Source: an uncultured bacterium
GTDB taxonomy: Bacteria > Pseudomonadota > Gammaproteobacteria > Burkholderiales > SG8-39
Direction of reading: 5' to 3'
DNA: 64,000 bases
Assembly (NCBI GenBank): GCA_965233185.1
Contig: CBDDSA010000199.1
Span: 595-64,594 of the forward strand
Shown: piece after piece, positions 52,281 to 60,602 of the stretch
Position numbering within the stretch: the stretch's first letter is position 1
Layout: the number at the start of each line of letters is the position of its first letter
The notes under the pieces: generated by a model
The model's database searches: none
What the model was told of the DNA's origin: nothing
What the model saw: only the letters and a program-made list of their open reading frames with translations
Made by a program: the position numbers and the translations under genes

Positions 52281-54026
52281 ATGGCGTCAGAGCGCAACAA
52301 AGGCGGGAAGAAACCCGAAGAGCTGCGCTCGTACCGCTGGTATGGCGCGCGGGACCTGCGCGCCTTCGGGCACCGCTCGCGTACCGCGCAGATGGGCTAC
52401 GACCGCAGCGACTATGCCGGCAAGCCGGTGATCGCGATCCTCAATACCTGGTCGGACATCAACCCCTGCCATACGCACTTCAAGCAGCGGGTGGAGGAAA
52501 TCAAGCGCGGGGTGTGGCAGGCGGGCGGCTTCCCGGTCGAGATGCCGGCCATGTCGCTCGCCGAGCCCATGCAGAAGCCCACCACCATGATGTACCGGAA
52601 TTTCCTCGCGATGGAGGTGGAGGAGCTGCTGCGCTCCTACCCCGCCGACGGCGCGGTGCTGATGGGCGGCTGCGACAAGACCACGCCGGGATTGATCATG
52701 GGCGCGACGAGCATGAACCTGCCCAGCATCTACGTGCCCGCCGGGCCGATGCTGAAGGGCCATTGGCGCGAGAACACGCTGGGCTCGGGCTCCGATACGT
52801 GGAAGTACTGGGACGAGCTGCGCGCCGGCAACATCACCGAGCAGGACTGGAATGAGATCGAAGACGGCATCGCGCGCTCGCCCGGCACGTGCATGACCAT
52901 GGGGACGGCGGCGACCATGATGTCGATCGCCGAGACGCTCGGCTTGAGCCTGCCGGGCGCATCGTCCATTCCGGCGCCCGACTCCAACCACGCGAAGATG
53001 TGCTCGCTTGCCGGCAAGCGCATCGTCCAGATGGTGTGGGAGGACTTGAAGCCGCGCGACCTCCTCAGCCCGCATTCCTTCGACAATGCCATCGTGACCC
53101 TGATGGCGATGGGAGGGTCCACCAACGCGCTGATCCACCTGGTCGCGATGGCCGGGCGCGCCGGCATCAGGCTGCCGCTCGAGCGCTTCAATCACTTTTC
53201 GGCCACGACGCCGCTGCTCGCCAACGTGCGCCCGTCGGGCAACAAGTACCTCATGGAAGACTTCTACTACGCCGGCGGCCTGCGCGCGCTGCTGGGCGAG
53301 CTGAAGGACCTGCTGCAGCTGGAGGCGATGACGGTGACCGGGAAATCGCTCGGTGAAAACCTGCAAGGCGCGCGCATCTACAACACCGACGTGATTCGCG
53401 CGCGAGCCAATCCGCTGAGGGCCTCGGGCGGGCTGGTAGTGGTGCGCGGCAGCCTCGCGCCGAACGGGGCGGTGATCAAGGCGGCTGCGGCCACGCCGGC
53501 GCTGCTCAGGCACAGCGGCAAGGCGGTGGTATTCGAGGATTACAACGACATGGCGGCGCGCATCGATCGCGACGACCTGGAAGCCGAGGCGAGCTCGGTG
53601 CTGGTGCTGCGCAACGCGGGGCCGCTCGGGGGCCCCGGCATGCCCGAATGGGGCATGCTGCCTGTGCCGAAAAAGCTGCTGCGCCAAGGCGTGCGCGACA
53701 TGGTGCGCATTTCCGATGCGCGCATGAGCGGCACGAGCTACGGTACCTGCGTGCTGCATGTCGCGCCCGAGGCGTACGTCGGCGGGCCGCTTGCCTTGGT
53801 GCGCAACGGCGACCTGATCGAGCTCGACGTGCACCAGCGCGCCCTGAACCTGAAAATATCCGAGGAAGAAATGAGCCGGCGCAAAGCCGCCTGGAAGCCT
53901 CCCGCGAGAAAGTATGACCGCGGCTACGGCGCCATCTTCTCGCAGCATGTGCGCCAGGCGGACGAAGGTTGCGACTTCGACTTTCTGGAAGGCACGTTGC
54001 CGGTGCCCGAGCCGGAGATCCATTGA
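52281..54026 (+). CDS. IlvD/Edd family dehydratase (sugar-acid dehydratase type)
   Basis: ATG at 52281 ([22 protein letters not shown]...). It has CDKTTPG, ...GTCMTMGTA... and the C-terminal ...[10 protein letters not shown]... motif. Confidence 0.9.
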   Translation: MASERNKGGKKPEELRSYRWYGARDLRAFGHRSRTAQMGYDRSDYAGKPVIAILNTWSDINPCHTHFKQRVEEIKRGVWQAGGFPVEMPAMSLAEPMQKPTTMMYRNFLAMEVEELLRSYPADGAVLMGGCDKTTPGLIMGATSMNLPSIYVPAGPMLKGHWRENTLGSGSDTWKYWDELRAGNITEQDWNEIEDGIARSPGTCMTMGTAATMMSIAETLGLSLPGASSIPAPDSNHAKMCSLAGKRIVQMVWEDLKPRDLLSPHSFDNAIVTLMAMGGSTNALIHLVAMAGRAGIRLPLERFNHFSATTPLLANVRPSGNKYLMEDFYYAGGLRALLGELKDLLQLEAMTVTGKSLGENLQGARIYNTDVIRARANPLRASGGLVVVRGSLAPNGAVIKAAAATPALLRHSGKAVVFEDYNDMAARIDRDDLEAEASSVLVLRNAGPLGGPGMPEWGMLPVPKKLLRQGVRDMVRISDARMSGTSYGTCVLHVAPEAYVGGPLALVRNGDLIELDVHQRALNLKISEEEMSRRKAAWKPPARKYDRGYGAIFSQHVRQADEGCDFDFLEGTLPVPEPEIH

Positions 54027-54790
54027 TGGATCTGCCTGCCAATGCCTTCAAGCGCGCCCTGCGCGCGGGCAGGCCGCAGATCGGCCTTTGGTCGAGCCTG
54101 TCCTCGCATTACAGCGTAGAGGTGATTGCGGGCGCCGGGTTCGATTGGATCCTGCTGGACAGCGAGCATTCGCCCAACGACCTGGAGAACCTGCTCACAC
54201 AGCTGCAGGCCGCGGCGCCGTATCCGAGCCATCCGGTGGTGCGCGTTCCCTGGAACGACATGGTGACCATCAAGCGCGTGCTCGACATCGGCGCGCAGTC
54301 GCTCCTGATCCCCTACGTATCGAGCGCTGCCGAAGCGCAAAGCGCGGTCTCCTATACGCGTTATCCGCCTGCAGGCGTGCGCGGCGTCGCCGCCACCACC
54401 CGCGCCACGCGGTTCGGCCGCGTCAGGGATTATGCGAAGCGCGCCCAGGAGGAGATGTGCCTGCTGGTGCAGGTAGAGACCCAGGACGCGCTGGACAACA
54501 TCGAAGCCATCTGCGGAATAGACGGCGTCGACGGCGTGTTCATCGGACCGGCGGACCTGCATGCCTCCCTCGGCCATGCCGGCGAAATCGCCCATCCGAA
54601 AGTGAAGCCGCTCATCGACGAGGCCATCCGACGCATCCACAGGGCGGGCAAGGCCCCCGGAATCCTGACGCCCAGCGAAGCCGATGCGCGGCACTGGCTG
54701 GACTGCGGCGCGCTGTTCGTCGCCGTGGGCGCCGACGTGGGCATCCTTGCGCGCGGCGCCGAGGCGCTCGCCGCCAAATTCAAATCATGA
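54026..54790 (+). CDS. HpcH/HpaI family 2-keto-3-deoxy-acid aldolase
   Basis: The ATG at 54026 overlaps the dehydratase stop (TGATG). Sequence: [22 protein letters not shown]...[10 protein letters not shown]...VRVP...QVET...GPADL. Confidence 0.88.
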   Translation: MDLPANAFKRALRAGRPQIGLWSSLSSHYSVEVIAGAGFDWILLDSEHSPNDLENLLTQLQAAAPYPSHPVVRVPWNDMVTIKRVLDIGAQSLLIPYVSSAAEAQSAVSYTRYPPAGVRGVAATTRATRFGRVRDYAKRAQEEMCLLVQVETQDALDNIEAICGIDGVDGVFIGPADLHASLGHAGEIAHPKVKPLIDEAIRRIHRAGKAPGILTPSEADARHWLDCGALFVAVGADVGILARGAEALAAKFKS

Positions 54791-55725
54791 AACCCGAGAT
54801 CATCCTGACCGCCCGCGGCCATGCCGGCACCATGGCCGCGCTGCAAGGCGAATTCACCTGCCATCTGCTGTCCGATGCGCCGGATCGCGCCGCATTCCTG
54901 AAGCAGCATGCCGCAAAGGTGCGCGGGCTCGCCACCTTCGGGCCCATGCCCGTGGACGGCAAGCTGATGGACGCGCTGCCCCAGCTCGAGATCATCTCCA
55001 ACTTCGGTGTCGGCGTGGACGCCATCAACCTGGACGACGCGAGGAAGCGCAATATCATCGTCACCAACACGCCGGACGTGCTGAACGACTGCGTGGCGGA
55101 CACGGCGCTCGCGCTGGTGCTGTGCGCGCTGCGCAAATTCCCGCAGGCGGAGGCTTACTTGCGGGCGGGCAATTGGGCCGCGCGCGGGCCGTATCCGCTC
55201 ACCACCTCGGCGGACGGCAAGGTCCTGGGCATCCTCGGCCTCGGACGCATCGGCGAGGCGATCGCCCAGCGGGCGCAGGCCTGCGGCATGAAGATCCGCT
55301 ACCACAACCGCAACCGCAAGGACGTGGCCTACCCCTACGATCCGGACCCGGTGGCCCTGGCCAGGAACTCCGATGTACTGATGGTGGTTACGCCAGCGAC
55401 CGCGGAAACCGCCCGGATCATCAACGCCAAGGTGCTCGACGCCCTCGGCGCAAACGGCTACCTGGTGAACATTGCCCGTGGCTCGGTGGTGGACGAGCCG
55501 GTGCTGCTGCGCTATCTGCAGGAAAAGCGCATCGCGGGGGCCGGCCTGGACGTTTTCGCCGACGAGCCGCGCGTGCCGCCTGAATTCTTCGCGCTCGACA
55601 ATGCCGTGCTGCTGCCCCACGTGGGCAGCGCCACCGTGGAAACGCGCAAGGCGATGGGCGACCTGCAGATCGAGAACCTGCGGCTGCACTTCGCGGGCAA
55701 GCCGGTGAAGACCCGCATCGCCTAG
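54787..55725 (+). CDS. D-isomer-specific 2-hydroxyacid dehydrogenase (glyoxylate/hydroxypyruvate reductase-like)
   Basis: The ATG at 54787 overlaps the aldolase stop (ATGA). It has [13 protein letters not shown], ...[10 protein letters not shown]... and ...LPHVGSAT.... Confidence 0.9.
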   Translation: MKPEIILTARGHAGTMAALQGEFTCHLLSDAPDRAAFLKQHAAKVRGLATFGPMPVDGKLMDALPQLEIISNFGVGVDAINLDDARKRNIIVTNTPDVLNDCVADTALALVLCALRKFPQAEAYLRAGNWAARGPYPLTTSADGKVLGILGLGRIGEAIAQRAQACGMKIRYHNRNRKDVAYPYDPDPVALARNSDVLMVVTPATAETARIINAKVLDALGANGYLVNIARGSVVDEPVLLRYLQEKRIAGAGLDVFADEPRVPPEFFALDNAVLLPHVGSATVETRKAMGDLQIENLRLHFAGKPVKTRIA

Positions 55726-56534
55726 GCTTTCCTCGCGTAGGCGAGCGGCACCGCCGCTTCGCCGGCGAGCACGCGGAACGTAAAGGACTCCTGCAGGTAC
55801 AGGCGCACGGTGCTTGCCGTGTGCTCGAGGTAGCCGATGGAAAAATCCTGACCGACGGTCAGCTCGAAGTCCCCGCCGCGCAGGCTGAGCACCACGGCGC
55901 CGTCGACCGCCGGCGCCCACACGATCGGCCCATCGAGCAGCCGGCGCACGTGCTCCATTACCGGGTAGCCCCCCTGCGTCGTCTTCGTCAGTCCCGTATA
56001 GCAGCGCGGGCCGAGCGCTATGCCGTAAGGGCCGTGCACGCCCGCCAGGTGCAGCTTGTTGATGGCGTCGGCCACCACCGCCGGGTAGGCCTGGTAATCG
56101 TCGGTCAGCGCGAGCTTTGCCTCAGCGGCTTCCTCCACGATGCCGCGTATGCCGGCCGCCGGAAAGCCGTTGAAAATCGCGCGGTCCTCCGCGCTGGCGG
56201 CGGCTCCGGCCGCATCGCGCACGGCATCGAGAACCGCGTCCTCGGCGCCGCGCGCGGCCGCGTCGAGCTCATCGCGCTCGAGCGCGAACGGGATGCGCAG
56301 CTCGACCAGCGGCTGCAGCTTCCGCAGGCGCGCTTCCACGCCTTCCGCGGGCGACTTGTCGAGGCGCTGGACGCGTCCTACGTTCACCGCGGAGGCTTCC
56401 CAGCCGAGCGGCCCCGAAAAGTCGACCAGCTTGCGCGCGGCGAGCTTGAGCTTCAGCGTGCGTTTGGCTTCTTCCTCGATGAGGGCCCAGGTTTCGCCGG
56501 CGATGGGCGCCAGCTCGCGAAATAGCGGGTTCAT
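55722..56534 (-). CDS. Family 1 encapsulin nanocompartment shell protein (linocin M18-like, HK97 fold)
   Basis: 270 aa. It is colinear with the T. maritima encapsulin: MNPLFRELAPI...W..IEEEAKR...VDFSGPLGW...RGGDFELTVGQDFSIGYLEH...LQESFTFRV. The start overlaps the stop of the cargo gene (ATGA). Confidence 0.93.
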   Translation of the reverse strand: MNPLFRELAPIAGETWALIEEEAKRTLKLKLAARKLVDFSGPLGWEASAVNVGRVQRLDKSPAEGVEARLRKLQPLVELRIPFALERDELDAAARGAEDAVLDAVRDAAGAAASAEDRAIFNGFPAAGIRGIVEEAAEAKLALTDDYQAYPAVVADAINKLHLAGVHGPYGIALGPRCYTGLTKTTQGGYPVMEHVRRLLDGPIVWAPAVDGAVVLSLRGGDFELTVGQDFSIGYLEHTASTVRLYLQESFTFRVLAGEAAVPLAYARKA

Positions 56535-56917
56535 CGCTTTGCCGCGGCACGCAAGCTGCCGATGCCGAGCGACCCGTCGCCGTTGCCGCCGGGAGCCTGC
56601 GCCTCGGCTTCCTCCATGGCGTGCTCCACCTCGAGAATCGGCTTATCCGTGAAAAGATAGTTGCGCAGCTGCTCGTCCCAGACCGCATCGTGGCGCCGCA
56701 GCCATTCCAGCGTCATCGCGGCATGCTCCTTCTCCTCGTCGCGGTTGTGGGCCAGCACCGCGCGCAGCTCGTCGTCGCCCGCCGCGTCCACCCGCTGGTC
56801 GTACCAATCGACCGCTTCCAGCTCTTCCATGATGGAAACGATCGCGCGGTGGCGATCCATGGTTTCCGGCTTGAGCTGATCGATGCTTTCGTGGAAGGAC
56901 CCGCTGGACTGCGCCAT
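56531..56917 (-). CDS. Encapsulated ferritin-like protein (EncFtn) with a C-terminal encapsulin targeting peptide
   Basis: 128 aa. Sequence: ...HRAIVSIMEELEAVDWYDQRVDA...HNRDEEKEHAAMTLEWLRR..., which carries the ExxH di-iron motif. The C-terminus DGSLGIGSLRAAAKR matches the canonical SLGIGSL cargo-loading peptide. Confidence 0.92.
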   Translation of the reverse strand: MAQSSGSFHESIDQLKPETMDRHRAIVSIMEELEAVDWYDQRVDAAGDDELRAVLAHNRDEEKEHAAMTLEWLRRHDAVWDEQLRNYLFTDKPILEVEHAMEEAEAQAPGGNGDGSLGIGSLRAAAKR

Positions 56918-56960
56918 GATTGTTCACCCGAGACGAGAAACCTTCGGAGAAGCAATCGGC

Positions 56961-57001
56961 ATTCCGAACGGGAATGGCAAATGCGGTTAGCGGTTACTAA
57001 C
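56961..57001. promoter_or_regulatory. Palindrome plus tandem heptamer in the EncFtn / TAXI divergent intergenic region (candidate operator)
   Basis: ATTCC-gaacg-GGAAT lies at 56961-56975. GCGGTTA GCGGTTA lies in tandem at 56983-56996 and forms GTTAG-n6-CTAAC (56986-57001). The function is unknown. Confidence 0.25.
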
Positions 57002-57078
57002 GTCGATGCGCGCCGTCGCTACGGCGAGCGTGAAGCATTCATGAGCTATGATTCCCCGGCTGATTACTCCGAGGAGGA

Positions 57079-58017
57079 ATGATGAAACTGAAAGCTGTCG
57101 CGCTCGTTCTGGGCGCGCTCGTTACCGCGCCTGTTGCGGCGCAGCAAGTCACCTTCATGACCGGCCCGCAGGGCGGGTCATGGATCCCGCTGGGCGGCGC
57201 ACTGAAAGGCATGTGGGAGAAGGCGGTCCCCGGCCTCGCCATCACGCAAACGCCAGGCGCGGGCATTGCCAACATCCGCGGCGTGGATGAAGGCAAGGCG
57301 CAGATCGGCCTGGCCAACTCGAGCACCACGGTCGACGGCCTCGAAGGGCGCAAGCCCTACCCGAAGAAAGTTACCAAGGTGTGCCAGGTGGCCAACCTGT
57401 ATCCGCAGTACTTCCAGGTGGTGGCCCTGAAGGACGCCGGCATCACCTCCTTCAAGGACCTCAAGGGCAAGTCGCTCGTGACGCAGCCCAAGGGCAACAC
57501 GGCTGAAATCCTTACCGACACGGTGCTGCAGCTGAACGGCATGAGCTACCAGTCGCTCGCGCGCGCCAACTTCCAGGCGGCGTACACCGACGCCGTCTCG
57601 CTCATGAAAGACGGGCACGCGCAGGTGTTCACGCTGGGCACCACGGCGCCGGCCTCGGCGGTGATGGACCTCGCCAGCGCCCGCGACGTGCAGCTCGTAG
57701 CGGTCGACGATGAGACCATGGGCAAGCTGAAGAAGATGAATCCCGGCTATAACAAGCTCATCATCAAGGCAGGCACCTATCCCAAGCAGGACCGCGACGT
57801 GCCCGTTATCGGGTACTCGACGCATATCGTCGCGTCCTGCGACCTGCCCGAGCAGACGGTCTACCAGATGACCAAGACGATGGCATCCAACGTCGACTCG
57901 ATGGCCGCGGTGGTCAAGGCCATCTCCGGCATCACGCCCAAGGAGATGGCGCTCGACATCGGCGTGCCCTTCCACAAGGGCGCGGCCAAGTTCTACAAGG
58001 AAGCCGGGGCGATGTAA
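57079..58017 (+). CDS. TAXI family TRAP transporter solute-binding subunit
   Basis: 312 aa. It has a signal peptide (MMKLKAVALVLGALVTAPVAAQ), ...TGPQGGSW...AGIANIRGVDEGKAQIGLA... and a GAGGAGGA SD. Confidence 0.9.
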   Translation: MMKLKAVALVLGALVTAPVAAQQVTFMTGPQGGSWIPLGGALKGMWEKAVPGLAITQTPGAGIANIRGVDEGKAQIGLANSSTTVDGLEGRKPYPKKVTKVCQVANLYPQYFQVVALKDAGITSFKDLKGKSLVTQPKGNTAEILTDTVLQLNGMSYQSLARANFQAAYTDAVSLMKDGHAQVFTLGTTAPASAVMDLASARDVQLVAVDDETMGKLKKMNPGYNKLIIKAGTYPKQDRDVPVIGYSTHIVASCDLPEQTVYQMTKTMASNVDSMAAVVKAISGITPKEMALDIGVPFHKGAAKFYKEAGAM

Positions 58018-58030
58018 CGCCGGTTGTGGG

Positions 58031-58060
58031 AAAAAAGGGCGGCCGCGACCGCCCTTTTTT
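58031..58060 (+). terminator. Intrinsic terminator/attenuator between the TAXI binding protein and its permease
   Basis: It reads AAAAAA-GGGCGG-ccgcga-CCGCCC-TTTTTT and starts 14 nt after the TAXI stop. The permease SD GGGGAGG follows. The hairpin is symmetric, so it could act on either strand. Confidence 0.65.
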
Positions 58061-58075
58061 GTTGGGGGAGGAAAC

Positions 58076-59992
58076 ATGGAAGAAGAGAAGCCCGCGACGC
58101 GGCCCGGCAGCCGCGCACTAAGATGGGTCGTGGCGACGATTGCGATCGCCATGTCGCTGTACCACATGTATGTCGCGGCCTTCGGCCCTCCCGAAGCGCT
58201 GATTTTCCGCGGCACGCACTTGATGTTCGCCACCACGCTGGTATTCCTGCTCTATCCGCTGCGCGCCGAGGGCGGGCTGGGCTGGCGCATATTCGACGTC
58301 GTATTCCTGCTGGCGGGGCTGGGGCTCGTCCTGCACATCTTCTTCAATTACGAGTACTACACCAACCGCATCATCTACATCGACGAGCTGTCGTTCGCAG
58401 ACATGGCATGGGCAGTCACCGCGATCGTGGTCGTGCTGGAAGGCACGCGGCGGGTCATCGGCCTTGCCCTGCCGCTCACCGCCATGTGCTTCATCGCCTA
58501 TGCCGTGAGCACCCAGGTGACCTTCCCGGTGCTCATGGAGCAGGTCTACCTCTCCACCGAAGGCATCTTCGGCTCCACGCTCGGCGTGTCGGCCTCCTAC
58601 GTGATGCTGTTCGTGCTGTTCGGCGCCTTCATGGAGCGCAGCGGCACCGGGCAGCTGTTCATGGATTTCGCCATGTCGATCACCGGCCACACGGCCGGCG
58701 GGCCGGGCAAGGTGGCGGTAGTCAGATCGAGCCTTTTCGGCACCGTGTCGGGCAGCGCGGTCGCCAACGTGATGGTCGACGGCCCGATCACCATCCCGCT
58801 CATGAAGCGCACGGGATTTCGCCCGCCGTTCGCCGCGGCGGTCGAGGCAGTGGCTTCCACCGGCGGACAGATCATGCCGCCGATCATGGGCGCGGCGGCC
58901 TTCGTGATGGCCGAGTTCCTCGCCGTGCCGTACGCGCAGGTCGCTTTCTGGGCGCTCGTCCCGGCGGTGCTCTACTACCTGTCGGTGTTCTTCGCCGTGC
59001 ACTTCGAGGCGAAGCGCTACAAGCTCGCCGGAGTGCCGAAATCCGAGCTGCCGCGCTTCGGCCACGTGATGCTCACGCGCGGTCACCTTTTCGTGCCCAT
59101 CCTGGTCGTGCTGACCGGCCTGCTGTACGGCTACTCGGCTCCGCTGTGCGCGCTCGCCGGCGCCCTTTCCTGCCTGCCGCTCGCCCTGTTGCGCGCGTCG
59201 ACCCGAGTTGGCATCACTTGGCGCACGGTGCTGGAGGCGCTGCACGACGGCGCGCGCAATACCCTCGCCGTGGCAATGGCCTGCGCCTGCGCCGGCATCG
59301 TGATCGCTTGCGTCACCATCACCGGCCTGGGGATCGTGTTTACGCAACTGGTGGTGGCGCTGTCCAACGAATCCCTGATCCTTGCCCTGATCCTGACTGC
59401 CATGGCGGGCATCGTCCTGGGCATGGGCATGCCGACGACGCCGGCGTACATCATGATGGTGGCGCTGCTGGTGCCCGCGGTCATCAAGCTCGGGGCGGTC
59501 ACGCCGGCCGCCCACATGTTTGCCTTCTACTTCGCCATCCTGTCGGCGATCACGCCGCCCGTGGCGCTCGCCATCTTCGCGGCCGCGGGCCTGGCCAAAG
59601 CGAACATGTGGCAGTCCGGGTTCGCGGCCATGCGCGCCGCCGCCCCCGCCTACATCGTGCCCTTCATGTTCGTGTACGAGCCCATGCTGCTGCTGGTGGT
59701 CAAGGACTGGGGCAGCGAATGGCCTTTCGTGGTGTGGTCGGTGATCACCGCCTCGGTCGGCGTGGTGTGCCTGGCGGGGAGCCTTTTCGGCTGGCTGTTC
59801 GCTTACGCGCTGATGTGGCAGCGGGTGCTGCTGTTCGGCGCCGCCCTGTGCCTCATCAAGCCCGGCTTGGTTACCGATACGATCGGGCTTGCCTTGCTCG
59901 CGATCGCGGGCGGCGCGCAGCTCGTCACGCTTCGCCGCGGCGCAACGACGTCGACGACCGACGTCGCCAAGGCGCGAATGCGCAATACCTGA
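58076..59992 (+). CDS. TRAP transporter fused permease (TAXI-type, 4TM/12TM fusion)
   Basis: 638 aa and highly hydrophobic throughout. It lies immediately downstream of the TAXI binding protein. Confidence 0.9.
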   Translation: MEEEKPATRPGSRALRWVVATIAIAMSLYHMYVAAFGPPEALIFRGTHLMFATTLVFLLYPLRAEGGLGWRIFDVVFLLAGLGLVLHIFFNYEYYTNRIIYIDELSFADMAWAVTAIVVVLEGTRRVIGLALPLTAMCFIAYAVSTQVTFPVLMEQVYLSTEGIFGSTLGVSASYVMLFVLFGAFMERSGTGQLFMDFAMSITGHTAGGPGKVAVVRSSLFGTVSGSAVANVMVDGPITIPLMKRTGFRPPFAAAVEAVASTGGQIMPPIMGAAAFVMAEFLAVPYAQVAFWALVPAVLYYLSVFFAVHFEAKRYKLAGVPKSELPRFGHVMLTRGHLFVPILVVLTGLLYGYSAPLCALAGALSCLPLALLRASTRVGITWRTVLEALHDGARNTLAVAMACACAGIVIACVTITGLGIVFTQLVVALSNESLILALILTAMAGIVLGMGMPTTPAYIMMVALLVPAVIKLGAVTPAAHMFAFYFAILSAITPPVALAIFAAAGLAKANMWQSGFAAMRAAAPAYIVPFMFVYEPMLLLVVKDWGSEWPFVVWSVITASVGVVCLAGSLFGWLFAYALMWQRVLLFGAALCLIKPGLVTDTIGLALLAIAGGAQLVTLRRGATTSTTDVAKARMRNT

Positions 59993-60060
59993 AATACCGA
60001 CACCTCGCCGCGAGGGCCGGCGATAGCCGGCCGGCGGCGACTGCATCACAATGGCTGCAC

Positions 60061-60095
60061 AAAAAAGGAGGGCACGACCGCTAGCCGCGCCCTCC
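60061..60095 (-). terminator. Intrinsic terminator on the minus strand
   Basis: The minus strand reads GGAGGGC-(15 nt)-GCCCTCC followed by TTTTTT. It ends the transcript coming from the 60300-60536 gene or spacer. Confidence 0.5.
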
Positions 60096-60299
60096 GGGTG
60101 ATGCCTCTGCGGCGATCGAACTGCGACTGCGCTTAGTTTGGCCCTACCGTGGACCGGTACTGAGGTATCGGTCTCTCGGACGGGGCTGGAACAGCGTGCT
60201 GGCCACTCGTTCGTCGTGTGTAGACTGCGTTCTACACGTGCAGGATGATGCGCTACATCCGCCGTCGAATCTACGTTAGCGCGTAGTCCGTCAGGACTA
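60096..60299 (-). ncRNA. Hairpin-rich, GC-poorer spacer: long structured 3' UTR or independent small RNA (unassigned)
   Basis: At least five consecutive stem-loops are readable on the minus strand: TAGTCC-tgac-GGACTA, CTACG-cgctaa-CGTAG, GGATG-n8-CATCC, GTGTAGA-acgcag-TCTACAC, and CCGT..GACCG-n12-CGGTC..ACGG. The U-tract terminator follows. I recognise no Rfam family. Confidence 0.25.
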
Positions 60300-60536
60300 T
60301 CAGGGCGGGCTCTGCTCGGCCTTGCTGCGCGCCCGGTAGACGTGCACGCCGTAGCAGCCCACCGAGCCGATGACCGCGGCGACGATCGATTGCACCGCGA
60401 AGTCGTAGCCCAGCCAGGCGGCCCCCGCGGCGCCGAAGGCCGCGACGCCCAGCATCAGCAGGTAGAACGTCCCCGTCAGCAATTCGACGATCACGAGCAC
60501 CAGTCCGATGACCGCCCACAGCAGCGCCGGGTCCAT
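60300..60536 (-). CDS. Small membrane protein (resembles the NfeD N-terminal membrane region; no OB domain)
   Basis: 78 aa, MDPALLWAVIGLVLVIVELLTGTFYLLMLGVAAFGAAGAAWLGYDFAVQSIVAAVIGSVGCYG.... It has high GC3 like neighbouring genes. Confidence 0.55.
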   Translation of the reverse strand: MDPALLWAVIGLVLVIVELLTGTFYLLMLGVAAFGAAGAAWLGYDFAVQSIVAAVIGSVGCYGVHVYRARSKAEQSPP

Positions 60537-60602
60537 GGAGCGAATCTCGCACGCCGCGTCGCGCCCCGCAACCAGCCGCTAGAATCGGCGCATGGGTTTG
60601 CG

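Noticed and set aside
58118-60049. A 643-aa ORF on the minus strand that spans the whole TRAP permease. Similar long antisense or alternate-frame ORFs include 8648..10513, 51195..52280, 52287..54023, 30528..31934, 36232..37677 and 60579..61460.
   Set aside because: - Their translations are Arg/Gly/Pro/His-rich low-complexity strings with no recognisable motifs.
- They mirror well-supported genes on the other strand.
- Stop-poor shadow frames are expected at this GC content.
60120-60200. Possible guanidine-I (ykkC) riboswitch. The minus strand contains GUUCCAG...GUCCGAGAGAC...CACGGUAGGGCCAAA...CCCGGAGGG, and the last element overlaps the terminator arm.
   Set aside because: - The P1a/P1b hairpin between GUUCC and GUCCGAGAG is missing.
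- The CUAGGG and AAAAGCCCGGGAGA blocks do not match.
- No gene lies downstream on the minus strand for it to regulate.
60255-60285. A tmRNA-like 5' motif (GAUUCGACGG) on the minus strand, and a GUUCGAUC T-loop-like string at ~60105-60125.
   Set aside because: - There is no GGGG 5' end, no tag reading frame ending in a typical LAA-type tail, and no tRNA-like 3' end with CCA-adjacent acceptor pairing.
- The flanks of the T-loop-like string are not complementary.
- The region is too short for a tmRNA.
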